This document shows, one piece after another, positions 1 to 9,836 of a DNA stretch of 64,000 nucleotides. The notes beneath the pieces were generated by a model, which saw only the letters and a list, made by a program, of their open reading frames with translations, made no database searches and was not told where the DNA came from. Positions within the stretch are counted from its first letter, which is position 1, and every line of letters starts with the position of its first letter. Made by a program: the position numbers and the translations under genes. Where the stretch lies: contig CBDVDR010000011.1 in assembly GCA_965372795.1 (NCBI GenBank), positions 43,723 to 107,722 on the forward strand, written 5' to 3'. The stretch is from an uncultured bacterium. Lineage in GTDB: Bacteria > Zixibacteria > MSB-5A5 > GN15 > FEB-12.

Positions 1-738
1 ATTAATGATGTTCGTTTTGCCCAGACTGGTACTTATACTTTGAAATCAGACGCTGATAGCTCTTCCACTCAGGCTACGATGGATATCGTAACTGATAAAG
101 CTTCGGCTGCTGCTGGTTCAAATGGTATTACTTTTGGTCAGATGCTTGCCACAGTTACCGGTACTAAACTTTCCGTTCGTTTGAACGGTGGTTCAGCAGT
201 TACCGCAACTGTTGGTCAGCAATCAATAATTTACTCACCTGATAGAGAAGAATCAATTTCAGTCAATTATGCATTAACCTCTAATGGTGGTAATGAAACT
301 ATCAGTAATACTGATCAGTCACTGGTCTTCCAGATTGGTGCAAATGTTGGTCAAACAACTCGTATTTCTATGAGAAATATGGCTGCATCATCATTAGGTG
401 ACGGCATTGTTGGTAATATGTTCTCAAGCCTTGCGAATATTGATGTTACCACTGCTCAAGGTGCCCAGGATGCTCAGTCAGTTATTGACGCTGCAATTAA
501 CGAAGTTTCCACAACTCGTGGTGCTCTTGGTAGTTTCCAGAAGAATACTCTGGAATCCAACTTAAGAAACCTTCGTATTGCTGCTCAGAATCTGACAGCT
601 TCCGAATCAATGATTCGTGATACTGATATGGCTAAAGAAATGTCAAACTTTACTAAGAACCAGATCCTTATGCAAGCCGGTACATCCATGCTTGCCCAGG
701 CTAACCAGGTTCCTCAGTCAATCTTGTCATTATTCTAA
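1..738 (+). CDS. fliC: Flagellin, C-terminal part (5' end outside window)
   Basis: Frame open from position 1; flagellin C-terminal motifs FQIGANVGQ, RGALGSFQKN, SMIRDTDMAKEM, QAGTSMLAQANQVPQSILSLF. Confidence 0.95.
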   Translation: MNDVRFAQTGTYTLKSDADSSSTQATMDIVTDKASAAAGSNGITFGQMLATVTGTKLSVRLNGGSAVTATVGQQSIIYSPDREESISVNYALTSNGGNETISNTDQSLVFQIGANVGQTTRISMRNMAASSLGDGIVGNMFSSLANIDVTTAQGAQDAQSVIDAAINEVSTTRGALGSFQKNTLESNLRNLRIAAQNLTASESMIRDTDMAKEMSNFTKNQILMQAGTSMLAQANQVPQSILSLF

Positions 739-757
739 GTCTATTATAGATGGAGAA

Positions 758-783
758 TCGGGGGAAGGAATTCCTTCCCCCGA
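758..783. terminator. Perfect 26-bp inverted repeat after flagellin (terminator/stabilising hairpin)
   Basis: tcgggggaaggaa|ttccttcccccga; no strong U-tract. Confidence 0.6.
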
Positions 784-842
784 ATATTTGAAATGAAAAT
801 AAACATAATGACATTGAAGTCATTCTCTTACAGGAGTTAATC

Positions 843-3188
843 GTGCCAGGATTTAATTCAATTGATGGTCTCAGTTCTGGTCTTGATACAACAGCGATGG
901 TTGACGCCATCATGGATTTTGAACGACGACCGGCAATATTACTCGAAGTACAACAGGCAGAAAAGCTGGCTGTTGTTTCTGCATATCAGGCCTTACAGGC
1001 AAAATTTTTAGCATTATCCTCTGATTTAAGCAATCTTGTTAAGACCAGTACTTATGAAAAAGCTACAATCGATGTTTCCGACGAATCATATTTAACAGCT
1101 GCCCGAGGCAGCCGGGTCGGAACCGGAAGTTACAATTTTCAGGTTTTAAGTTTAGCAAATAATAATCAGCTTGCCTCGCAGGGTTTTGATGATGATAGTC
1201 TGGATTCATTTGGAACGGGAGAAATTCTTTTAAAAGTAGGCGATGGGGCTGAAAAAACAATATTAATTGATACCAATAATAATTCCTTAGTTGGAATTAA
1301 AACCGCAATCAACGAAGCTAATGCCGGTGTGACAGCATCTATAATAAATGATGGAACAAGCTCAAATTCATTTCGATTGGTATTAAGTGCTGAAAAATCA
1401 GGTAAAGAAAATGCAATTTCAATCACTTCAAATTTAGTCGATGGAAGCAACCTTAATTATTCTTCATCCTCTTTTGATATTCCTGAAACAATTACCAAAA
1501 ATTTAAGCTCAACCTCGCAAATTTCTTTGGGAGCAACCGCAGCCTATACCGGATCTGAAAATACATCCTATACATTTACTGTTGCAGGGTCAGGTACCCA
1601 GACAATCGGAACCGATACAATTACAATAGACTGGGTTGATGATAACAATCCGGCAAATAGTGGTTCGATTGTTGTTACTCAGGCTGATTTTGAATATGAA
1701 GCTGTTGGTGCTGAGGGGTTGTACATGTCATTTGGATCCGGAGATTTAACCGCCGGTGATAAGTTTAAGATTGATACCTTTACGCCGCTTCTGCAAAACG
1801 CCACTGATGCTAAAATTGCTATCGGATCAGGTGATGGCTCCGGTTCGCCTATTACGGTAACCTCAAGCACAAATAGTTTTACCGATATAGTTGGCGGATT
1901 AAATTTAACCGTGAATAAACTGACTGATCCGGGAGATTCAATTACAGTTAAAACTGATGTAGATGTTAAAAGCATAAGGGATAGAATTGGATCATTCATT
2001 GCTAATTATAATAATCTGAATGAATATATAGACAAGCAAAATTCATACGATCCAGAAGCTGGGGGAGCACCGGTTCTATTCGGTGATTTTACAGTTTGGA
2101 GAGTTCAAAACTCCATGCGAAAAAAACTGTCTTCATTGGTTCAGGGTGCTGATGGCTCATTTAACCAATTATATTCTATTGGGATCAAAACCGATGTTAA
2201 AGGAAAATTAACGATTAGCAATAATGCAAAACTCGAAGAGTCTATTCGTAATAATCTTGATGAAGTAATTCAGTTATTTTCAAAAACCGGTGAATCCAGT
2301 ACTACCGGATTAGAGTTTGTGTCAGCAACCAATAAAACTAAAGCCGGTCAAGATTTTCAGGTTGATATTACTCAGGCTGCCACTCATGGTTCATTTGAAG
2401 GTGGGACCTTGAATGATCCTGCAACTACACCTCTGATAATAGATGCTTCAAACAAAAAATTGAAATTCAAAGTAGACGGGCTTGTTTCAGGTGAAATTTC
2501 TCTTTCAGAGGGAACCTATAATACTCATCAGGATTTAGTCAATGAAATTCAAGCTCAAATATTAGCAGATTCTAAAATTGGCAAAAGAGGTGTGACTGTC
2601 GAGTGGGTTGAAGGGGAATCCGGAAAAGGAAGCATCAAACTTACCGGTTCATCTTTTGGTATCCACTCGAAAATAGAACTCGACACTGCAATTGCTGATT
2701 CAGCCTTTAGTCTACTCGGGTTATCATCAGGAAGTACGGTTAATGGAAAAGATGTTGTCGGAACCATAAACGGTGAAGAAGCCGAAGGCTCTGGAGTATT
2801 GCTTAAAGGCAAAGAAGGTAATGAAACAACCGAGGGTCTGGTATTAAAGGTTACCATGGATGAAGCCTCAGTTACAGATGCTGTGGAGGGTGTAGTGTCC
2901 TATGTACAGGGGTTGGCTTCAATTCTGCAGGACGCAGTGATTAATATAACCCAAATTGATACTGGAATTATTGACAGCCGAATAACATCTTATGAAAAAC
3001 AGATCGAAACAATTAAAGATCAAGTTGAGAATATTGATGAGCGACTGGCTCTAAGGAGAGAATCTCTTTATAAGAAATTTTATGAAATGGAAACTATTTT
3101 GGGTAAATTGAATGCTCAAAGTCAATTTTTGGAAACTCAGTTTGCCGGAATAAATGGAAACTGGGGCGTTGGCAGTGATAGAAATTAA
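843..3188 (+). CDS. fliD: Flagellar filament cap protein FliD (long form, 781 aa)
   Basis: N-term GLSSGLDTTAMVDAIM, C-term coiled coil ending KKFYEMETILGKLNAQSQFL; lies between fliC and fliS; AGGAG RBS before GTG. Confidence 0.93.
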   Translation: MPGFNSIDGLSSGLDTTAMVDAIMDFERRPAILLEVQQAEKLAVVSAYQALQAKFLALSSDLSNLVKTSTYEKATIDVSDESYLTAARGSRVGTGSYNFQVLSLANNNQLASQGFDDDSLDSFGTGEILLKVGDGAEKTILIDTNNNSLVGIKTAINEANAGVTASIINDGTSSNSFRLVLSAEKSGKENAISITSNLVDGSNLNYSSSSFDIPETITKNLSSTSQISLGATAAYTGSENTSYTFTVAGSGTQTIGTDTITIDWVDDNNPANSGSIVVTQADFEYEAVGAEGLYMSFGSGDLTAGDKFKIDTFTPLLQNATDAKIAIGSGDGSGSPITVTSSTNSFTDIVGGLNLTVNKLTDPGDSITVKTDVDVKSIRDRIGSFIANYNNLNEYIDKQNSYDPEAGGAPVLFGDFTVWRVQNSMRKKLSSLVQGADGSFNQLYSIGIKTDVKGKLTISNNAKLEESIRNNLDEVIQLFSKTGESSTTGLEFVSATNKTKAGQDFQVDITQAATHGSFEGGTLNDPATTPLIIDASNKKLKFKVDGLVSGEISLSEGTYNTHQDLVNEIQAQILADSKIGKRGVTVEWVEGESGKGSIKLTGSSFGIHSKIELDTAIADSAFSLLGLSSGSTVNGKDVVGTINGEEAEGSGVLLKGKEGNETTEGLVLKVTMDEASVTDAVEGVVSYVQGLASILQDAVINITQIDTGIIDSRITSYEKQIETIKDQVENIDERLALRRESLYKKFYEMETILGKLNAQSQFLETQFAGINGNWGVGSDRN

Positions 3189-3213
3189 ATTTAAATGATA
3201 CATAGGAGTAATC

Positions 3214-3648
3214 ATGGAAGACAAAGTAGCAGCTTATAGGAATATTGACACTCAGGGGAAATCACAAATAGAACTGATTCTTCAAGTATATGACGGGGCG
3301 ATTTCAAATTTAAATAGTGCAAAAAAACATTATGAAAATCTTGAAAATCAAGAAGGTTTTGAATCAATTGACAAAGCTCGTAAATTTGTCACCCACTTGT
3401 ACACGACCTTAAATCCTGAAAAAGGTGGGGATATCGCAAAAAATTTAGGCAAATTATATGCTTTTATTATCAATCAATGCAGTTTGATAGAAGCTACCAA
3501 AGAATCAGCGCAAATTGACGATATTATTATTGTATTGAATAATTTAAAAGAGGGTTGGGTTGGTATTAAAGATCAGCAGAATAATAGTAATTCTGTGAAT
3601 CCAAACGACTCAAAACCCAAAGCAACTAAGCTGTCAATTACCGGGTAA
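3214..3648 (+). CDS. fliS: Flagellin export chaperone FliS
   Basis: LILQVYDGAI, GGDIAKNLGKLYAF, LKEGW motifs; follows fliD. Confidence 0.93.
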   Translation: MEDKVAAYRNIDTQGKSQIELILQVYDGAISNLNSAKKHYENLENQEGFESIDKARKFVTHLYTTLNPEKGGDIAKNLGKLYAFIINQCSLIEATKESAQIDDIIIVLNNLKEGWVGIKDQQNNSNSVNPNDSKPKATKLSITG

Positions 3649-3654
3649 GGAATT

Positions 3655-4107
3655 ATGAATTTTACCAATATTGAACAACTCGAACGGGAACTTCTTTTTA
3701 CATTAAAAGAAGAATTTTCATTTTATCAGTCATTGTACATCATGCTGGATAAACAGCGTGATGTAATGAAATATGATAAAGACGATAATATACTTGATCT
3801 TTTTGCAGAGATTGAACGGTGTTATAAGCGGATAAAAAAATCTGAAGAAAAAATTTCTGAGATGAAAGAGAAAAATCCTCAGATTTTTAAATTAGCAACC
3901 GCTTTGCCCGATGTAAAAAAGATTGTTAACAGTATCGCAACTTTGGTTAAGAAAAACATCAATCTCGTAAACGAGAGCGAACAATATATGAGAGGGCGGT
4001 ACGAACGGATAAAAACTGAAATGGGTGACTTAAAAAACAGCAGTAAAATATTGCAGTATATGTCGGATGCGCCGATAAACCCTCAGTTTATAGATGGGAA
4101 AAAATAG
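3655..4107 (+). CDS. FlgN/FliT-like flagellar export chaperone
   Basis: All-helical 150 aa protein (YQSLYIMLDKQRDVM) after fliS. Confidence 0.6.
   Translation: MNFTNIEQLERELLFTLKEEFSFYQSLYIMLDKQRDVMKYDKDDNILDLFAEIERCYKRIKKSEEKISEMKEKNPQIFKLATALPDVKKIVNSIATLVKKNINLVNESEQYMRGRYERIKTEMGDLKNSSKILQYMSDAPINPQFIDGKK
4052..4078 (+). promoter_or_regulatory. Putative sigma28 promoter for the FlgM-like gene
   Basis: Perfect GCCGATAA at 4071-4078; weak -35 TGCAGTAT 11 bp upstream. Confidence 0.45.
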
Positions 4108-4156
4108 GAAATTGTTAAATCGCACACCTTTAAAATAGGAACGAAAAGGTGATATT

Positions 4157-4504
4157 ATGAAAATAGGATTTATTGGACGTGATCCAGTCAGTAGCCAAAA
4201 CTCAGAGAGTCTGAGAAAGGAAACTAAAACCGAAACAAATAACGGAGAGCCAAAGAAAAAAATATCTCTGAAAGAATTGTCGAAAACTGTTGATGAATTT
4301 AAAAGAACTTCAGAGGTAAATAAAGAAGATGATAAAATTATCTCTTCTATTTACTCAAAAAATGAGATTAGCAACAAAGAAACCAATCATGAAAAAAGGC
4401 TGGGATCAATTAAGCAGAAAATTACCGATGGGTTTTACGAACAAAACGATATTATAAAAATAGTTGCTGATAAATTAGCAGATAAATTTGAAAACGATAT
4501 ATAA
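4157..4504 (+). CDS. flgM: FlgM-like anti-sigma28 factor
   Basis: C-terminal RLGSIKQKITDGFYEQNDIIKIVADKL resembles the FlgM sigma-binding helices; flagellar context. Confidence 0.65.
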   Translation: MKIGFIGRDPVSSQNSESLRKETKTETNNGEPKKKISLKELSKTVDEFKRTSEVNKEDDKIISSIYSKNEISNKETNHEKRLGSIKQKITDGFYEQNDIIKIVADKLADKFENDI

Positions 4505-4521
4505 CGGAGATTCTCGACAAG

Positions 4522-5409
4522 ATGGATGTTGCAACAGTTGATAATAAAGTAAAACAAGTTGTCTCGAATATCAGAAACTTGCCTACTCCTCCAATTGTTT
4601 TTCACCAGATTCAAAAAGTGATGAACGATCCCAATGTATCGGCAACTCATGTTGCTGCTATTTTGGCGGAAGATCCAGCGATGTCAGTTAAAGTATTAAA
4701 ACTTACAAACTCGGCATTTTACGGTTTGGCAAGAGAAATCGATTCGGTGAAACATGCTGTCGTAATTGTTGGTCTGGATGCTATTAAAAATCTGGTGCTG
4801 TCAGCTTCAGTTCTTGATATGTTTAAAGGAAAAGAAATTGATCAGGAATTTCATGAAAAACATTGGCGCCATTCATTAGCTACCGGTTTTTGTTGTCGAA
4901 TCTTAGCAAAAAAACTAAGATCTCGTGGAATGATAAGTCCTGATTCTGCTTTCTCAAGCGGCTTATTGCATGATATTGGTAAAATAGTTATATCAATGTT
5001 TCTGCCGAATGAATGTCAACTTGTTAAAAATGAACGAGAAAATGATACTCAATCAGCGGATTATGAAATTGAAGAGAAAGTTCTTGGGTATAATCACGCT
5101 CAAATCGGAGGAATATTGGCAATGCAATGGAAATTACCTTCACTATTGGGTGAATCTATATCATTTCACCATCAACCTCAATTAAGTGAAGCCCAGAATC
5201 CGACTCCATATATTGTAAATATTGCTAATCATATTGCAAAGATGACGTTTTACGAAAGAGATGAAAAACATCTTATTGGAACATTAGATCCTCAAATTAA
5301 AGAATATATGGAATTCGATGACTCTTTGGTTGAAGAAGTAATTGAGCTTTTAAGAGAAGAATACTCAAAATCTGAGACATTTATGCAAATGGCTGGAATT
5401 AGTGATTAA
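4522..5409 (+). CDS. Stand-alone HDOD domain protein
   Basis: LPTPP, DPAMSVKVLKLTNSAFYG, GLLHDIGK, HAQIGGILAMQWKLP. Confidence 0.92.
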   Translation: MDVATVDNKVKQVVSNIRNLPTPPIVFHQIQKVMNDPNVSATHVAAILAEDPAMSVKVLKLTNSAFYGLAREIDSVKHAVVIVGLDAIKNLVLSASVLDMFKGKEIDQEFHEKHWRHSLATGFCCRILAKKLRSRGMISPDSAFSSGLLHDIGKIVISMFLPNECQLVKNERENDTQSADYEIEEKVLGYNHAQIGGILAMQWKLPSLLGESISFHHQPQLSEAQNPTPYIVNIANHIAKMTFYERDEKHLIGTLDPQIKEYMEFDDSLVEEVIELLREEYSKSETFMQMAGISD

Positions 5410-5446
5410 ATTTCCTCTAAGTCATTAAAATATATCAAAATTGGTC

Positions 5447-5475
5447 TTGACAACAAACCAATACTCGCCTATTAT
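5447..5475 (+). promoter_or_regulatory. sigma70 promoter for tRNA-Val/thrS
   Basis: TTGACA-N17-TATTAT. Confidence 0.8.
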
Positions 5476-5512
5476 TAGAGGCTTCGGCTCAACAGCTAAG
5501 CTGTTTTGATGT

Positions 5513-5589
5513 GGGCGATTAGCTCAGTTGGTTAGAGTACTTGCTTGACATGCAAGGAGTCACTGGTTCAATTCCAGTATCGCCCACCA
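5513..5589 (+). tRNA. tRNA-Val (anticodon GAC)
   Basis: Acceptor stem GGGCGAT/ATCGCCC, D arm AGCTCAGTTGGTTAGAGT, anticodon arm CTTGC-TTGACAT-GCAAG, GGTTCAA T-loop, encoded CCA. Confidence 0.97.
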
Positions 5590-5598
5590 TAAATTAGA

Positions 5599-5638
5599 GC
5601 GGATTCTTAAGGCAAGAGTTGTCTTGAATCCGCGTTTT
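5599..5638 (+). terminator. Hairpin between tRNA-Val and thrS (terminator or processing signal)
   Basis: gcggattc..aaggcaa-gag-ttgtctt-gaatccgc followed by gtttt. Confidence 0.5.
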
Positions 5639-5656
5639 AAGTATTTAAGAGGTTTT

Positions 5657-7573
5657 ATGGCAGTTGCACAAATTAATCTACCCGATGGTTCCTCGAGGAG
5701 TTTCGAGCAAAATGTGACCGGGTACGAATTGGCAAAATCAATCTCGCATGGACTTGCCAAAGCTGCATTAGCAGTTAAGGTAGATGGCGAGATACGCAAT
5801 TTAAACGCTGATCTTCCCAATGGTTCAACGGTTGAAATTCTCACTTTCAATAATCCGGAAGGTAAAGAAGTTTTCTGGCATTCGAGCTCTCACATCATGG
5901 CTCAAGCAGTCCATGAAGTTTTCCCAGGAACCAAACTTGCCATTGGTCCGCCAATCAGTGAAGGCTGGTACTATGATTTTGAAGTAGAGAAGCCGTTCAC
6001 TCCTGAAGATTTAGTTAAAATCGAAAAAAAGATGGCGGAAATTATTAAAGAAAATGATGAGTTTCGCTATGAGGTTAAAAACCGTCTTGAATCAATTGAA
6101 TATTTCAAATCAAAAAATGCTAACTATAAAGTTGAACTTTTAGAAGGCATCGAAGGCGACGAAGTTACATTTTATTATCATTCACGTTTCGAAGATCTCT
6201 GTCGTGGACCACATCTGCCAAAAACAGGTTTTGTAAAAGCTTTCAAACTGATATCAACATCGGGTGCTTACTGGCGGGGTGATGAAAAACGGACTATGCT
6301 CCAGAGAATTTACGGTGTCTCATATCCTAAAAAAGTGATGCTTGAAGAATATCTTACACGTCTTGAAGAAGCAAAAAAACGTGACCACCGAATTCTTGGA
6401 AAGCAGTTGGAATTATATACTGTTAACGATGAAGTCGGAGCCGGCTTAATACTTTGGCTTCCCAAAGGTGCTCGTATTAGAAATGAAATAGAAAATTTCT
6501 GGCGGGAAGAACATCTCAAATCCGGATACGAATTAGTCTATTCACCTCATATCGCTAATCGTAAAATGTGGGACAAGAGCGGACACACCGATTTTTACAG
6601 CGATGATATGTTTGGACCGATTGAAGTTGAAAACCAGATGTTTCAGCTCAAACCAATGAATTGTCCGTTCCATATTTATATGTATAAATCCCGTATGTGG
6701 TCATACCGTGATTTGCCGCTTCGCTGGGCAGAACTGGGAACTGTTTATAGATATGAAAAATCTGGGGTGCTTCATGGACTGATGCGGGTTCGCGGATTTA
6801 CTCAAGACGATGCCCATCACTTTGTGGCTCAGGAGAATATGGAAGAAGAGCTGGTTTGGCTTCTTGATTTCTGTACTCATATTCTGAGTGCATTCGGTTT
6901 TTCAAATTATGACATTTTCCTGTCAACCAGACCTGAAAAAGCGATTGGTGATATTGAAGACTGGGACAGGGCCGAAGCTGGTCTTAAATCTGCTTTAGAA
7001 AAAGCTGACCTTGAATATCAGGTTGATGAGGGCGGCGGAGCCTTTTATGGTCCCAAAATTGACATTAAAATTAAAGATGCTTTGAATCGCAGCTGGCAAT
7101 GTTCGACTATTCAGTTCGATTTTTCCTTGCCGGAACGGTTCAATATACATTATATTGATTCAGAAGGTAAACAGCGACGCCCGTATATGATACATAGGGC
7201 ATTACTAGGATCTATCGAGAGATTTTTCGGTATTCTAATAGAGCATTATTCCGGGAATTTCCCGTTATGGTTGGCTCCTGTGCAGATAAAAGTTCTGCCA
7301 ATAACCGATAGCTCTATTGATTATGCTGCTGAAGTTGCCAAGAAACTCAGGAGTGAAAATTTCCGGGTACAAGTTGACAACCGTTCTGAAAAAATTGGTG
7401 CTAAGATCAGAGATGCTGAGCTTTTAAAAGTACCATATATGCTGATTGTCGGATCTAAAGAGGTTGAGTCAAACTCAGTCTCATTGCGCAAGCATGGTGC
7501 TGGCGATCAGGGAAGTAAAACTGTTGAGGAATGTCTTACTTTATTCTCAGAAGAAATAAAGAATAAGGCATAA
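5657..7573 (+). CDS. thrS: Threonine--tRNA ligase
   Basis: TGS domain, DLCRGPH, KPMNCPFH, GAFYGPKID; ATG at 5657 follows AGAGG. Confidence 0.98.
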   Translation: MAVAQINLPDGSSRSFEQNVTGYELAKSISHGLAKAALAVKVDGEIRNLNADLPNGSTVEILTFNNPEGKEVFWHSSSHIMAQAVHEVFPGTKLAIGPPISEGWYYDFEVEKPFTPEDLVKIEKKMAEIIKENDEFRYEVKNRLESIEYFKSKNANYKVELLEGIEGDEVTFYYHSRFEDLCRGPHLPKTGFVKAFKLISTSGAYWRGDEKRTMLQRIYGVSYPKKVMLEEYLTRLEEAKKRDHRILGKQLELYTVNDEVGAGLILWLPKGARIRNEIENFWREEHLKSGYELVYSPHIANRKMWDKSGHTDFYSDDMFGPIEVENQMFQLKPMNCPFHIYMYKSRMWSYRDLPLRWAELGTVYRYEKSGVLHGLMRVRGFTQDDAHHFVAQENMEEELVWLLDFCTHILSAFGFSNYDIFLSTRPEKAIGDIEDWDRAEAGLKSALEKADLEYQVDEGGGAFYGPKIDIKIKDALNRSWQCSTIQFDFSLPERFNIHYIDSEGKQRRPYMIHRALLGSIERFFGILIEHYSGNFPLWLAPVQIKVLPITDSSIDYAAEVAKKLRSENFRVQVDNRSEKIGAKIRDAELLKVPYMLIVGSKEVESNSVSLRKHGAGDQGSKTVEECLTLFSEEIKNKA

Positions 7574-7600
7574 CCTTAATTTTGATTATAGGAGGATTTC

Positions 7601-8230
7601 ATAGCCAATAAGAGCCATCGGGTTAATCGCCTGATAAGAGTTTCACCGGTTAGACTGATCGGTCCGGAAGGCGAACAACTGGGAATTTTACCGGTTGATG
7701 ATGCCATCAAAAGAGCTATAGATGCCGGACTTGATTTGGTGGAAGTTTCGCCAAACAGCAGACCACCGGTCTGTCGTATTCTTGATTATGGCAAATTCAA
7801 ATATGAAATTGCTAAAAAAGATAAAATGGCGAGAAAAAGACAACACAATCAGCAAATGAAAGAGATGCGTTATCGACCTAAAATTGATGAACATGACTTT
7901 CAATTTAAAACGAAACACGTAAGAGAATTTTTGCTCTCGGGCAACAAAGTTAAAGCCTTTGTAATGTTTCGGGGTAGAGAAATGGCGTATCAGGAATTTG
8001 GTGAAAAAGTTTTAATACGACTCGTGAAAGAACTTGACGAGATTGCTGTTGTTGAAGTGAAACCAAAAATGGAAGGAAGAAATATGAATATGATTTTATG
8101 TCCTTCTGCTGAGGTTATGAATCAACTGAAGAAAAGCAAAGTCTATGACAAAGATGCTTCTAAACCCAAAACAGAAGCAAATACTGAGAAAAATGATAAA
8201 AAAGAAGAAATTGAAATAGAGGAATCCTGA
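7601..8230 (+). CDS. infC: Translation initiation factor IF-3 with non-canonical ATA start
   Basis: GGAGG at 7591-7595, then in-frame ATA GCC AAT AAG (..[24 protein letters not shown]..) continuing into [25 protein letters not shown]. Confidence 0.95.
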   Translation: MANKSHRVNRLIRVSPVRLIGPEGEQLGILPVDDAIKRAIDAGLDLVEVSPNSRPPVCRILDYGKFKYEIAKKDKMARKRQHNQQMKEMRYRPKIDEHDFQFKTKHVREFLLSGNKVKAFVMFRGREMAYQEFGEKVLIRLVKELDEIAVVEVKPKMEGRNMNMILCPSAEVMNQLKKSKVYDKDASKPKTEANTEKNDKKEEIEIEES

Positions 8231-8424
8231 TGCCAAAGATGAAAACAAGACGTGGCGCTGCTAAAAGGTTCAAGAAAACTGCAACCGGAAAGATCAAGCG
8301 TAGCAAAGCTTTCAAAAGCCACATCATGACCAAAATGAGTCCAAAAAGAACCCGTGATTTGCGTAAATCAACATTAGTCTCTCCTTCGGATATGAAGCGG
8401 GTTGAACGGATGTTGCCTTACTAA
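8230..8424 (+). CDS. rpmI: 50S ribosomal protein bL35
   Basis: [21 protein letters not shown]. Confidence 0.98.
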   Translation: MPKMKTRRGAAKRFKKTATGKIKRSKAFKSHIMTKMSPKRTRDLRKSTLVSPSDMKRVERMLPY

Positions 8425-8452
8425 ATTGGAATTTAATAGGAGTTAATATAAG

Positions 8453-8803
8453 ATGCCACGTTCTATGAACAATGTCGCTGCCCATCGCCGACATAAAAAG
8501 GTTTTAAAAAAAGCAAAAGGTAATTTCGGTGGAAGAAGAAATCTTTACCGCACTGCCTTAGAGACGGTCCATAAAGGTTTAAAATATGCCTATCGTGACC
8601 GTCGCAATAAAAAACGTGTATTCCGTTCATTATGGATTGCCCGTATTTCAGCAGCAGCCAAAATGTGCGATACTAATTATTCGACATTTATACACGGATT
8701 AAAAAAAGCCGGTGTAAATCTTGACCGCAAAATTTTAGCTGATATCGCCGCCAGAGATATGGCTACTTTTCAAAACTTAGCCAAAATGGCTTCTGAAAAT
8801 TAA
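8453..8803 (+). CDS. rplT: 50S ribosomal protein bL20
   Basis: YAYRDRRNKKRVFRSLWIARI. Confidence 0.98.
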   Translation: MPRSMNNVAAHRRHKKVLKKAKGNFGGRRNLYRTALETVHKGLKYAYRDRRNKKRVFRSLWIARISAAAKMCDTNYSTFIHGLKKAGVNLDRKILADIAARDMATFQNLAKMASEN

Positions 8804-8820
8804 GTCGTATAATATCGCTA

Positions 8821-9834
8821 ATGGCGCTATTAGATAAAATTTTACAGATTAAGCAAGAAGCGATCGATCGGATCAATAATATTGATTCGATCGATTCTCT
8901 TAATGAGGTGCGGGTCAAATTTCTCGGACGCAAAGGGGAATTAACGGCTATTTTAAAAGGGCTCAAAGACCTGCCGGTTGAAGAAAAAAAAGCGGTGGGA
9001 GCCGAGGCTAATAAATGCCGGGTCTTTCTTGAAGAGCAAATCAACATTGCTTCGGAAAAATTCAAAACAGACAAAGTTGATTCATCATTTGATCCAACTT
9101 TGCCTGGAACAGCACCCCGTATCGGAGTAACCCATATTATAAATCAGGTTCTTGATGAAATTTGCCATACTTTTCATGGTATGGGTTTTGAAATAGACCG
9201 CGGACCTGATGTCGAGACTGATTTTTATAACTTTGAAGCTCTGAATTTCCCTCCTGACCATCCGGCAAGAGATATGCAGGATACCATGTTTGTTGAAGGG
9301 GGAAGATTATTACGCACTCATACGACTCCGGTTCAAGTAAGAAAACTTGAAAAGGAAAAACCTCCGATTAAAATCATTGCTCCCGGAAGAACTTATCGCC
9401 ACGAAGCGATTTCAACCAGAGCACATATTGCATTTCATCAGGTAGATGGTTTTCTGGTTGATGTTGGCGTTACTATGGCAGATTTGAAAGGGGCTTTGCT
9501 TGCTTTTTGTAAAGCATTTTTTGGAGAGGACTTGAAGCTTAAATTTCGCCCTTCGTTCTTTCCTTTTACTGAACCTTCCGCTGAGGTAGACATCTCTTGT
9601 TTTCTGTGTAGCGGTAAAGGTTGTCAACTTTGTAAATACAGCGGTTGGCTGGAAATTTTAGGCTGTGGCATGATCGATCCGAATGTGCTGATTAAAACCG
9701 GACATGACCCTGAAAAATATACCGGATATGCCTTCGGTATGGGAGTCGAACGGATTGCAATGTTGAAATACAAAATTAATGATATAAGATTATTCTTTAA
9801 TAACGATATAAGATTTCTTAGACAGTTTAAATAA
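8821..9834 (+). CDS. pheS: Phenylalanine--tRNA ligase alpha subunit
   Basis: HPARDMQDT, FRPSFFPFTEPSAEVD, GYAFGMGVER. Confidence 0.98.
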   Translation: MALLDKILQIKQEAIDRINNIDSIDSLNEVRVKFLGRKGELTAILKGLKDLPVEEKKAVGAEANKCRVFLEEQINIASEKFKTDKVDSSFDPTLPGTAPRIGVTHIINQVLDEICHTFHGMGFEIDRGPDVETDFYNFEALNFPPDHPARDMQDTMFVEGGRLLRTHTTPVQVRKLEKEKPPIKIIAPGRTYRHEAISTRAHIAFHQVDGFLVDVGVTMADLKGALLAFCKAFFGEDLKLKFRPSFFPFTEPSAEVDISCFLCSGKGCQLCKYSGWLEILGCGMIDPNVLIKTGHDPEKYTGYAFGMGVERIAMLKYKINDIRLFFNNDIRFLRQFK

Positions 9835-9836
9835 AC

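Noticed and set aside
5599..5633. thrS T-box or tRNA-mimic operator
   Set aside because: Leader too short for a T-box, no T-box motif, and the loop does not present a Thr anticodon convincingly.
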